Of a stretch of DNA of 64,000 nucleotides, positions 56,053-64,000 are shown piece after piece; positions within the stretch are counted from its first letter, which is position 1, and every line of letters begins with the position of its first letter. The notes below the pieces were generated by a model, which had not been told where the DNA came from, did no database searches, and was given only the letters and a program-made list of their open reading frames with translations. The position numbers and the translations under genes were made by a program. Origin of the DNA: Longimicrobiales bacterium (GTDB lineage: Bacteria; Gemmatimonadota; Gemmatimonadetes; Longimicrobiales; Gaopeijiaceae); NCBI GenBank assembly GCA_965202805.1, contig OZ241869.1:2592001-2656000 (forward strand), given 5' to 3'.

Positions 56053-57428
56053 TCGATGCCCTCCCGCCAGAGCTCGCGGAAGGAGGTCCGGGACGGCTCC
56101 GGATCCGCCCGCACCTCGCGCCAGCCACCCACCACCGGCAGGGGAACGCGGCGCACCGGCTCGGGGAGCGCGTGCAGCACGCCTCCGGCGGCCCGGTACA
56201 CGCCGGGCCGGGTCGCGACCGCCGTCCACGCCTTCAGGAGCGCGGCCTTGGCGCGCGAATCCATCCCCGCCTCCACCGCCCGCCGGCGCCAGCTCAGCAG
56301 CAGCTCGGGGATCGGGATGCGCACCGGGCACGCCTCCTCGCAGGCGCCGCACAGGCTGGAAGCGAAGGGAAGCGGCATGGCGGCGTGCAGCCCCGCCAGC
56401 CCGGGGTTCAGCACCGACCCGATGGGGCCCGAGTAGACGGCCCCGTAGGCGTGCCCGCCCGTCTGGCGGTAGACGGGGCAGGCGTTTAGGCAGGCGCCGC
56501 AGCGCACGCAGCGGAGCGCCTCCCAAGCCTCGGGGTCGGCGAGTACGTCGGAGCGGCCGTTGTCGACCAGCACGACGTGCACCTCCTCCGGGCCGTCGGG
56601 GTCCTCCGCCGTCCTGGGACCGTGGATCATGGAGACGTAGTTGCCCACCGGCTGCCCGGTCGCCGCCCGTGCCGTGAGCTGCAGGAACACGGCGAGGTCG
56701 CTCCAGCGCGGCAGCAGTTTTTCGATGCCCACCAGCGCCACGTGCACGGGTGGCGCCGAGGTGGTGAGCCGGATGTTGCCCTCGTTCTCGATGAGCGCCA
56801 CGGTGCCGGTCTCCGCCACCAGGAAGTTGCCGCCGGTGATGCCCAGGTCGGCCGCGAGAAAAGCCTCGCGCAGGATCACGCGCGAGACCGCCGCCAGTTC
56901 GTCCGGCGTGGCATCCGGCTCCGTCCCGTGGGTTTCGTGGTACAGCCGGCGGATCTCGTCCAGGCTCAGGTGGATGGCCGGGCCGACGATATGGCTCGGC
57001 GGCTGTTCGAGCAGCTGCAGGATGTACTCCCCCAGATCCGTCTCGAGCACGTCGACGCCGCGCTTCTCCAGCAGCTCGTTCACCTCGAGCTCCTCGGAGA
57101 GCATGCTCTTGCCCTTGACGGCGCGCCGCGCCCCCCGGCGCTTGATGATGCCGGAGAGGATCCGGTGGACATCCTCCTGCGACGCGGCCCAGTGAACCCG
57201 GGCGCCGTTGGCCTCCAGGCGCGTCTCGGCCTCCTCGAGATATCGGTCCAGATGGGTGAGCAGGTGCGTCTTCACCCCTTCCGCCCAGCGCCGCCATTCC
57301 TCCGCGGCCACCCCCGCGTACGCGGCCCGGCGGTGTGCGTCGAAGGTCAGGGTCGCCCCGGTCACGGACGCGCGCACATCCCCGCTCTCGCGGGCGCGCT
57401 TGGGGTATTCGCGGCTACGAATCTCCAC
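56049..57428 (-). CDS. lutB: Lactate utilization protein B (LUD domain plus 4Fe-4S)
   Basis: KGKSM, ETDLGEY, PSHIVGPA, ENEGN, CVRCGACLNACP, LCGACEEACP; GTG start with GGGAGG RBS. Confidence 0.93.
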   Translation of the reverse strand: MEIRSREYPKRARESGDVRASVTGATLTFDAHRRAAYAGVAAEEWRRWAEGVKTHLLTHLDRYLEEAETRLEANGARVHWAASQEDVHRILSGIIKRRGARRAVKGKSMLSEELEVNELLEKRGVDVLETDLGEYILQLLEQPPSHIVGPAIHLSLDEIRRLYHETHGTEPDATPDELAAVSRVILREAFLAADLGITGGNFLVAETGTVALIENEGNIRLTTSAPPVHVALVGIEKLLPRWSDLAVFLQLTARAATGQPVGNYVSMIHGPRTAEDPDGPEEVHVVLVDNGRSDVLADPEAWEALRCVRCGACLNACPVYRQTGGHAYGAVYSGPIGSVLNPGLAGLHAAMPLPFASSLCGACEEACPVRIPIPELLLSWRRRAVEAGMDSRAKAALLKAWTAVATRPGVYRAAGGVLHALPEPVRRVPLPVVGGWREVRADPEPSRTSFRELWREGIE

Positions 57429-58182
57429 CGGCCGCCTCCCAGAGAACGTCGGCAAGATGGCGCACGGCGAGCTCCTGCCCGCGCGTTCGCATGCGGCCCG
57501 AGAGCTGGAGCAGGCAGCCGCAGTCGGCGGAGGTCAGGAAATCGACTTCACCCGCATCGGCGAGTGTGTCCAGCTTGCGATCGGCCATCCCCGCGGAAAC
57601 CTGGGGGAAGCTCACCGAGAACAGGCCTCCGAACCCGCAGCATTCCTCGGCCGCCGCCCACGGCACCACTTCCGCCCCGGCGTTGGCCATCAGCGCGAGC
57701 GGCTCCTCGCGGATGCCCAGCTCGCGCAGGGCGTGGCACCCGTGATGGTACGCGACCCGGCGTCCCTCGAGGCCCTGCCCCAGGTCCGTGACCTCGAGCA
57801 CCCGCACCAGGAACTCCGCCAGCTCGAAGGTGCGCCCGGCGAGGTCGGCCACCTGCCCGGACAGGCCGTCGTCCTCATGGAAGAGATGGGCGTAGAAGCG
57901 CCGGAGCATGGAGGCGCAGCTCCCCGAGGGAAGCACCACGTACTCGCTCTCGCGGAAGACCTCGAGGGTGTGCCTGGCCATGCGGCACGCCTCGGCGTCC
58001 CGGCCCGCGTTGAAGGCGGGCTGCCCGCAGCAGGTCTGCGCCTCGGGGAAGTCCACCTCGACGCCCAGCTTCCTCAGGAGCCGCACGGCCGAGGCGGCGG
58101 CATCGGCGTAGAAGTGGTCGCCCAGGCAGGTGACGAAGAGGGACGCGCGCACGGGTCTCGGCAATGGCCCCGGCTCAGGCAT
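57415..58182 (-). CDS. lutA: Lactate utilization protein A (CCG Fe-S domains)
   Basis: FVTC, QTCCGQP, PSGSC, HHGCH, CCGFGG, DCGCL. Confidence 0.93.
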   Translation of the reverse strand: MPEPGPLPRPVRASLFVTCLGDHFYADAAASAVRLLRKLGVEVDFPEAQTCCGQPAFNAGRDAEACRMARHTLEVFRESEYVVLPSGSCASMLRRFYAHLFHEDDGLSGQVADLAGRTFELAEFLVRVLEVTDLGQGLEGRRVAYHHGCHALRELGIREEPLALMANAGAEVVPWAAAEECCGFGGLFSVSFPQVSAGMADRKLDTLADAGEVDFLTSADCGCLLQLSGRMRTRGQELAVRHLADVLWEAAGGDS

Positions 58183-59188
58183 CGAACCCGGAGCTGCGCA
58201 CCAGGTCCAGTCCTTTGGTGACGATGAGGCCCTCGGCGCCGTCGACGCGTTCCAGCAGCTCGATGCCGTGGACGGGGCCCAGCACCATCGCTGCGGTGGC
58301 GAGGGCGTCGGCGTCCATGGCGGACGGGGCCACCACCGTGGCGGCGCTGGCGTGGCCGGGCGAGGCGCCCGTGCGCGGGTCGATGATGTGGTGATGGCGG
58401 AGGTCGGTGGTGTGGGCCCGCAGGTAGTCGCCCGAGGTGGCCACCCCCTGGTGGCGCACCTCGATCGTCCCCAGCAGCGTCCCCGGCTCGCGCGGGTGCT
58501 CCACTCCCACCGGCCATCCCGTCCCCGCCACCTCCCCCTCCCCGGCCGAGATGTCGCCACCCCCGTCGGCCAGCACGCCCGCGGCCCCCGCGCCCGTGAC
58601 CCACTCGACCACCCGGTCGAGGATGTACCCTTTGGCGATGCCGTCGAGCGAGACCGTCATGCCCGGGCGCGCGAACGCGATGCCCGCCGCATCCAGCCGG
58701 ACGTGCCGATACCCGACCCGCGACATGGCGTGCTCCACGGCGGCTTCCGCGGGCGGTGCGCCGGTTTCGGCGAAGCTGCTCCGGTAGAGCTCCATCAGCG
58801 GGGCCACGGTGGGGTCGAAGGCGCCGCCGGTCAGCTCGGCGAAGTGCAGGGCGCGGCGCACGACCGCCACCAGTTCGGGCGGCGGATCATGCAGAACCCC
58901 GTCCCGGTTGAGGCGGGACACCGGCGTGTCGGGCCGGTAGCCGCTGAAGACCGCTTCCAGCCGATCGATCTCGTCGAAAGCGGCGGCGGCCAGCTCACGC
59001 GCCCGCGCGGCCTCGGGGTGCACCACCCTGACCTGCACCAGCGTGCCCATGCGGGTTCGGGTGTCGCTCGCGCCGTGCAGCCCGGCCCGGCGCAGGACCG
59101 CCGCCGTGAGTCCGCCGCCCATCGCCAGCAGCAGGCCCGCCGCCCCGCCGATCCGCAGCGCCTTGCGGCGGGAGATGCCCTCACGCAC
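58175..59188 (-). CDS. apbE: FAD:protein FMN transferase with Tat-like signal
   Basis: SRRKAL, MGT, GAFDPTV, GIAKGY, GGDI, ATSGDY, HIIDPRTG, ADALAT. Confidence 0.94.
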   Translation of the reverse strand: MREGISRRKALRIGGAAGLLLAMGGGLTAAVLRRAGLHGASDTRTRMGTLVQVRVVHPEAARARELAAAAFDEIDRLEAVFSGYRPDTPVSRLNRDGVLHDPPPELVAVVRRALHFAELTGGAFDPTVAPLMELYRSSFAETGAPPAEAAVEHAMSRVGYRHVRLDAAGIAFARPGMTVSLDGIAKGYILDRVVEWVTGAGAAGVLADGGGDISAGEGEVAGTGWPVGVEHPREPGTLLGTIEVRHQGVATSGDYLRAHTTDLRHHHIIDPRTGASPGHASAATVVAPSAMDADALATAAMVLGPVHGIELLERVDGAEGLIVTKGLDLVRSSGFDA

Positions 59189-61829
59189 CGGTCTCGCCCC
59201 GCGCGCTGGTCTCGAGCGCCGCGCCGGACGCCACTTTCAGCTGCACCAGCCGCTGGCGCACGTCGCGTATGTCGTGGCGGCAGACGCCGGCCCGCTCCAT
59301 CAGTTTCGCCTCGCAGATGTTGCAGCGCACGCACTCGCGGAAGTCGATGCGCGGTCCCTCGATGGCCCCCGTGGGACAGGCCTGCTCGCACACCTTGCAG
59401 TGGTCGCAGTGCTCCACCCGGCGGATGCGGAAGGGCGACACCGTGGAGGCAACCGCGAGCGCCGCGCCCAGCGGGCAGGCGTAGCGGCAGTAGAAGCGGG
59501 GCACGATCGCCGAGGCCACCAGCACCGCCCCCGCGATACCCCAGAGCACGATGGACGAACTCAGGAAGAAGACGGTTCCGAAGGGCTCGAAGAAGGGAAA
59601 GATGCTCGCCCGGCTGCCCGCCAGCGCCGGGAGCAGGACAGCCGCCAGAACCAGGTACTTGACGAGGTACAGGCGCTCGTGCAGGGCGCGCGGCAGCTCT
59701 CGCTTGAACTTCCGGGGAACCACCTTCTCCAGGAGGTCCTGCAGGACTCCGAAGGGGCACAGGAAGCCGCAGAACACGCGCCCCACCAGCAGCGTCGTGA
59801 CCACGGTGAACACCACGAACAGGAGCAGCGGGATGTCCTCCAGAAACACCCCCGGCCCCACGGAGATGGCCGCGGTGATGTGCGACACCGAGAGGAAGCC
59901 GCCGTCGAACCATCCCAGGTAGAGGAAGGTCGCGACCAGGGCCACCCAGCGCAGCCGGTCGCGCTTCAGGAAGAACGCCACCGTGACCAGCGCCAGCAGC
60001 CCCAGCATCCACGCGACTTCCGCGGGGGAGGTGCGCGCCAGCGTGCGCTCGAGGACGGTCTGGTCCTCGGCGAGGGAGAAATCCAGGTCGGGTTGGGGGG
60101 ACGCGGCCGCAGGGTCATCAGGGGATGGGGGGCCGCCCACAGGCGCTGCTTCGGTGGGAACGGCCTCGCCCCTCGTCCCGGGGTCACCTGCGGCTGCGGC
60201 GTCATCCGGCATCCGCGGATCGCCCCCCTGAGCAGCCTCAGCGGCATCGCCCCTCGTCCCCGGATCGCCCCCCTGAGCAGCCTCAGCGGCATCCTCCTCC
60301 GACACCGTCGCCGCACTATCCTCGGGCGCGTCTCGCGCGACCTCCCTGGCCACAGGAATTTCGTTCGGGCTCGAAACGGCCGACGACGGATCGACTGCGG
60401 CCGATGACGGCTCGCCCGCGGCAGTTTCCGGCTCATCTGCGGCAATATCCGACGGCGGTGCGACAGTATCCGACGTCTGTGTGGCAATATCCGATGTCTG
60501 TACGACAATAACCGGCGTCTGTACGACAATATCCGCCATCCGCGCGGCATTCTCCGGAGCGGCCGCGGCATCCGCCGGCTCAGCCGCCGGTTCAGCGGGA
60601 TCGGGGTCCTCCCCGGCAGGCGCATCTTCCGCCGGAGGCGCGTCTTCCGCGACGATCCGCTCCGCGAGCTGCGGCGGCGGATACTCCGTCGAATAGAGAT
60701 CCATCCCGGGACGGAGATCGAAATAGATTTCGAAGCCCCGCTCGACATCGAGGGCGCCCGGCACCGCCATCACCCCGACGTTGCGGAACTGTCCCGACAC
60801 CATCCCGCTGCGCGGCTCCCCCAGCATGACGACGTCCGGGTTGTCCATGTCGAGGGTGTCGGCGCCCTGCACCAGCGAGAGCGTGCGCGGATAGAAGAGG
60901 AGGGCCAGCGCGCCATCGACTCCGACGAGCATCAGATGGTCTTCCTGCGTCCGCTCCCCGAACTGTTCCGCCACCTCGCCGAATCTGCTTCGGCCGACCA
61001 GCATCTCCCCGACGGAATCGCTGCGGATGTGCGCGAAGGAGAGCACGATGCGGGTGACGTCGTTCTCGAGCACATGGATCTGCGGCACCAGCTCGCCCGC
61101 GACCATGTCCGACCAGGACAGCTCGTCCAGCTCATCGATGCCGATGGTCAGGAGCGAGCCGCCGGATTCGGCGGACGGCCGGGTGGCCAGGTAGTTGGCG
61201 TACACCCGGCGCGCGGAGGCGCGGATGCCGCGCGACATGGCCGAGACCGAGATCGTGGCCCGCGAAACCACCCGGACATCGCGCTTGGCGCGGAAGGGGT
61301 CGGAGATGGATTTGCCCGTGAACTGGGCCTCGTAACCCGGGGTGCGCAGGAAATCGCCGCGGGTGCGGATGTAGGACTCGACGTAGTGGGTGACCCGCAC
61401 ACCGGTGAGGGTCCCTTCCCGGTCCATCCCCACCAGCACCTCGATGGGGCCGTTGTAGCCGAGTTCCTCCGGAGGCACGTCGGACGTCAGGAAGGCGTAG
61501 CCGACCACGGCTTCCTCGTCCGGGACCTCGGCGGCGTAGCCCACGATCACCCGCGGGTCGCCGTCGCGCACCTCGAAGGAGATGGCGCCCGGCAATACCT
61601 CCTCCACGAGACTCTGCGGGAACGGGAAGCCGTCCAGGACTTCCTGGCCGAGGGCGGGGGCGGTCGCAAACGCGTTTGCGACCACCGTGATCGCGAGGAC
61701 GCATGCCGCCGCCGTCACCCACGCGGCCGCGCCCATGACCCAGGCAGGCGCGCCGGGGGACGCCGTGGCCCGTGCGACGGCCGCGACCCGCGCCACCCTC
61801 CTTCCCTCCCGCGCGTCAGGCATCCACAC
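59181..61829 (-). CDS. NosR/NirI-like membrane protein: FMN-binding domain, TM domain and polyferredoxin
   Basis: GYNGPIEVLVG..SRATIS FMN_bind domain; CGFLCPFG and CRYACPLG; CDHCKVCEQACP and CVRCNICE. Confidence 0.85.
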   Translation of the reverse strand: MWMPDAREGRRVARVAAVARATASPGAPAWVMGAAAWVTAAACVLAITVVANAFATAPALGQEVLDGFPFPQSLVEEVLPGAISFEVRDGDPRVIVGYAAEVPDEEAVVGYAFLTSDVPPEELGYNGPIEVLVGMDREGTLTGVRVTHYVESYIRTRGDFLRTPGYEAQFTGKSISDPFRAKRDVRVVSRATISVSAMSRGIRASARRVYANYLATRPSAESGGSLLTIGIDELDELSWSDMVAGELVPQIHVLENDVTRIVLSFAHIRSDSVGEMLVGRSRFGEVAEQFGERTQEDHLMLVGVDGALALLFYPRTLSLVQGADTLDMDNPDVVMLGEPRSGMVSGQFRNVGVMAVPGALDVERGFEIYFDLRPGMDLYSTEYPPPQLAERIVAEDAPPAEDAPAGEDPDPAEPAAEPADAAAAPENAARMADIVVQTPVIVVQTSDIATQTSDTVAPPSDIAADEPETAAGEPSSAAVDPSSAVSSPNEIPVAREVARDAPEDSAATVSEEDAAEAAQGGDPGTRGDAAEAAQGGDPRMPDDAAAAGDPGTRGEAVPTEAAPVGGPPSPDDPAAASPQPDLDFSLAEDQTVLERTLARTSPAEVAWMLGLLALVTVAFFLKRDRLRWVALVATFLYLGWFDGGFLSVSHITAAISVGPGVFLEDIPLLLFVVFTVVTTLLVGRVFCGFLCPFGVLQDLLEKVVPRKFKRELPRALHERLYLVKYLVLAAVLLPALAGSRASIFPFFEPFGTVFFLSSSIVLWGIAGAVLVASAIVPRFYCRYACPLGAALAVASTVSPFRIRRVEHCDHCKVCEQACPTGAIEGPRIDFRECVRCNICEAKLMERAGVCRHDIRDVRQRLVQLKVASGAALETSARGETGA
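60168..60540 (-). repeat. Tandem repeats in the low-complexity linker of the NosR-like protein
   Basis: 33-nt exact repeat at 60216 and 60261 (DAAEAAQGGDP, period 45) plus 21-nt repeats (IVVQT/DIATQT). Confidence 0.8.
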
Positions 61830-63966
61830 GCGCGAGCCGGAGGGCGTTGGCGGTCACCAGCAGCGAGACGCCCACATCACCCACCAGGACCGCCGTGATC
61901 AGCGAGACCATCCCGAGCGGCACGCCGACCACCAGGACGAGCTTCACCAGCAGGGCGGTGGTGATGTTCTGGCGGATGACCGCCCGAGACTTGCGCGACA
62001 GCCGGAACAGGTAGGGCAGGCGGGTGAGGTCGTCGCCCATCAGCGCCACGTCCGCGCTCTCGATGGCGGCGTCGCTCCCGGCCGCTCCCATGGCGATGCC
62101 CACCGAGGCGGCCGCGAGCGAGGGCGCGTCGTTCACGCCGTCGCCCACCATCGCGACCCGGCCGTGCTCCCGCTCGAGCGCCTTGAGCGCCTCCACTTTC
62201 TCGTGCGGGAGCAGCCTGGCCATCACCTCGTCCACCCCGGTCTCCCCCGCGACCCGGCGGCCGGTCGCGGCGTCGTCGCCGGTCAGCATCACGACCGGCC
62301 GGATGCCCATGCCGTGCAGCCCCCCCACCGCCACCCGCGCCTGCTTGCGGGCCCGGTCCTCCAGGGAGATCCACCCCAGCGGCCCGTCCTCGTCCGCCAC
62401 GACCACCACCGTGCGGCCATCGCCGGCCATGCCCGCGGGTGGTTCGCCGAGCCCCAGGACGGCCGGCTTGCCGACGAAGTGGCGCACGCCGTCCAGGCGG
62501 GCCGTGACGCCCTCGCCCCGGCGGGTGGCGAAGTCGCGCACGGCGTAGTGCGCGTGGATCTCGCGCCTGACCGCCTCCTCGTGGATCGCGCGCGCGACCG
62601 GGTGCTCCGATCGGGCCTCCACGGCGGACGCGCGCGCCAGCACCGTGGCCGGTGGCGCCCCCCGGGTCGAGCGCACCTCGCGCACCTCCAGGTGCCCGAC
62701 CGTGAGCGTGCCGGTCTTGTCCATCGCCATGGCCCGCACGCCGCTCATCGCCTCCAGGTAGACCCCGCCCTTGATCAGCACCCCGCGGCGCGCGGCGGCC
62801 GTGATGCCGCTCACCACCGCCACCGGGGTGGAGATCACCAGCGCGCACGGGCAGGCGATCACCAGCAGGGTGAGCCCCCGCACCAGCCAGGTGACGAAAT
62901 CCGCGCCCGCGAGGGTCGGCACCGCGACCACCAGCACGGCCGCGACGGTGATCGCCGGCGTGTACCGGCGCGCGAAGCGGGCCACCAACCGTTCCGTCTT
63001 CGCCTTCTCCGCCCCGGCCCGCTCCACCAGCTCCACGATGCGCGCGAGCGAGCTCGAGTCGGCGGGCTTCTCCGTGCGGATGTGCATGAAGCCGTCGCGG
63101 GTGATGGTGCCGGCGAAGACCGGGTCGCCGGGGTCCTTGTCCACCGGGAGCGACTCCCCGGTGAGGGGCGACTCGTCCACCGCCGAGCCCCCCTCCAGCA
63201 CGCTGCCGTCGACCGGAATCCGCTCGCCGGGGCGCACCACCACAACATCCCCGACCGCGACCGCGGAGGCCCGCACCGTTTCCTCCACCCCGCCGCGCAG
63301 CACCACGGCCGTCTTGGGGGCGAGGTCCATCAGCGACTCCATCGACGCCCGCGCGCGGTCGACGGCGTAGCTCTCCAGCAGCTCGGCGATCGAGAACAGG
63401 AAGGCGATCGCCGCGGCCTCCAGGTACTCCCCGATCGCGATCGCTCCCAGGATCGCCACGGTCATCAGGAAGTTCATGTCCAGCGAGAGAGCGCGCGCGG
63501 CACGCACCCCGTCCGGCATGAACCTCCATCCGGCGACCAGGGCCGAGGCGACGAACAGGAGCGACGGAATCCGCACCTCGTTCAGCGGCAGCGTGAACAG
63601 CAGCGTTCCCGCCCCTGCCAACTGGAGCGCGAGCCCGACCGCGAACAGCGCCGCCGACGCGTACGTGATGCGCGCGTCCCGCGTCGCCCAGGTCGCGGTG
63701 GCGCGCTCCCGCCGGGCGCCGGTATCCGGCTCGGCCAGGTGCCCGAGTCGCCCGATCGCCCGCCGCACCTCGTCGGCCGCCACCCGGCCGGGGTCGACCT
63801 CAACGGTGACCGTGCGGCCCACCAGGCTGGCCCCCACCCCCATCACCCCGTCGACCTTGCGCAGTCCGTCCTCGATGCGGGTCACACAGTGCGAGCAGTC
63901 CATGTCCCGCACCCGGAAGCGGACCGCGGTCGCGGCGCCCCCGGCCGGCGCGGTACCCCCGGCCAT
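61816..63966 (-). CDS. zntA: Heavy-metal P1B-2 type ATPase (Zn/Cd); frame open to the window edge
   Basis: HMA MDCSHC, TGES, CPC, DKTGT, SEHP, GDGVNDAP, Lys and DxG in the last TM segments. Confidence 0.9.
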   Translation of the reverse strand: MAGGTAPAGGAATAVRFRVRDMDCSHCVTRIEDGLRKVDGVMGVGASLVGRTVTVEVDPGRVAADEVRRAIGRLGHLAEPDTGARRERATATWATRDARITYASAALFAVGLALQLAGAGTLLFTLPLNEVRIPSLLFVASALVAGWRFMPDGVRAARALSLDMNFLMTVAILGAIAIGEYLEAAAIAFLFSIAELLESYAVDRARASMESLMDLAPKTAVVLRGGVEETVRASAVAVGDVVVVRPGERIPVDGSVLEGGSAVDESPLTGESLPVDKDPGDPVFAGTITRDGFMHIRTEKPADSSSLARIVELVERAGAEKAKTERLVARFARRYTPAITVAAVLVVAVPTLAGADFVTWLVRGLTLLVIACPCALVISTPVAVVSGITAAARRGVLIKGGVYLEAMSGVRAMAMDKTGTLTVGHLEVREVRSTRGAPPATVLARASAVEARSEHPVARAIHEEAVRREIHAHYAVRDFATRRGEGVTARLDGVRHFVGKPAVLGLGEPPAGMAGDGRTVVVVADEDGPLGWISLEDRARKQARVAVGGLHGMGIRPVVMLTGDDAATGRRVAGETGVDEVMARLLPHEKVEALKALEREHGRVAMVGDGVNDAPSLAAASVGIAMGAAGSDAAIESADVALMGDDLTRLPYLFRLSRKSRAVIRQNITTALLVKLVLVVGVPLGMVSLITAVLVGDVGVSLLVTANALRLARVDA

Positions 63967-64000
63967 CGCGGCGTCCCCGGCCGTCGCGGTACCTCCGGCC

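Noticed and set aside
1..64000. CRISPR arrays, tRNA/rRNA, integrases, transposases, reverse transcriptases, sel machinery genes
   Set aside because: None recognised by eye. The tandem repeats found lack unique spacers. A tRNAscan/Infernal run would be needed to exclude small RNAs.

Overview
GC-rich (roughly 70% by eye) bacterial chromosomal segment, densely coding, with about 50 genes. The gene repertoire (VPS10/BNR protein, 6-bladed beta-propeller lipoprotein, Tat amidase, large NAD-GDH) suggests a Gemmatimonadota-like organism, which is an inference only. Most of it is housekeeping or metabolic: pckA, a sigma-70, rsgA, trpE, an ECF sigma with a pspA-like gene, ctaA, an acyl-CoA dehydrogenase, ggt, sucA, pgeF, glycosyltransferases, NAD-GDH and ppx. 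I found no tRNA, rRNA, CRISPR array, integrase or transposase. Main points: (1) Two genes that the ORF track splits are probable selenoproteins. One is AhpD-like with CxxU (1632-2216, minus) and one is OsmC-like (43673-44149, plus). Both have an in-frame UGA at the catalytic Cys position and a SECIS-like hairpin of near-identical geometry. (2) Six genes overlap end-to-start in one operon: a Zn/Cd P1B-ATPase, a NosR/NirI-like FMN-binding polyferredoxin membrane protein, an ApbE flavin transferase and LutABC. No nosZ or nirS is present, so this is a candidate lactate-driven, flavinylation-based extracytoplasmic electron-transfer module. (3) A metal-starvation locus has divergent ZrgD-like and ZrgA-like genes, a perfect Fur/Zur-like palindrome over a promoter, two unannotated micro-ORFs (one ending HIHVHEH), a Cys-tailed FAD oxidoreductase and a FeoB-like gate protein with no GTPase domain. 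(4) An unknown protein with a duplicated domain and a clear promoter may be nucleoid-associated. Smaller oddities are a His-less kinase, a 219-bp convergent gene overlap centred on a palindrome, and MITE-like repeats.
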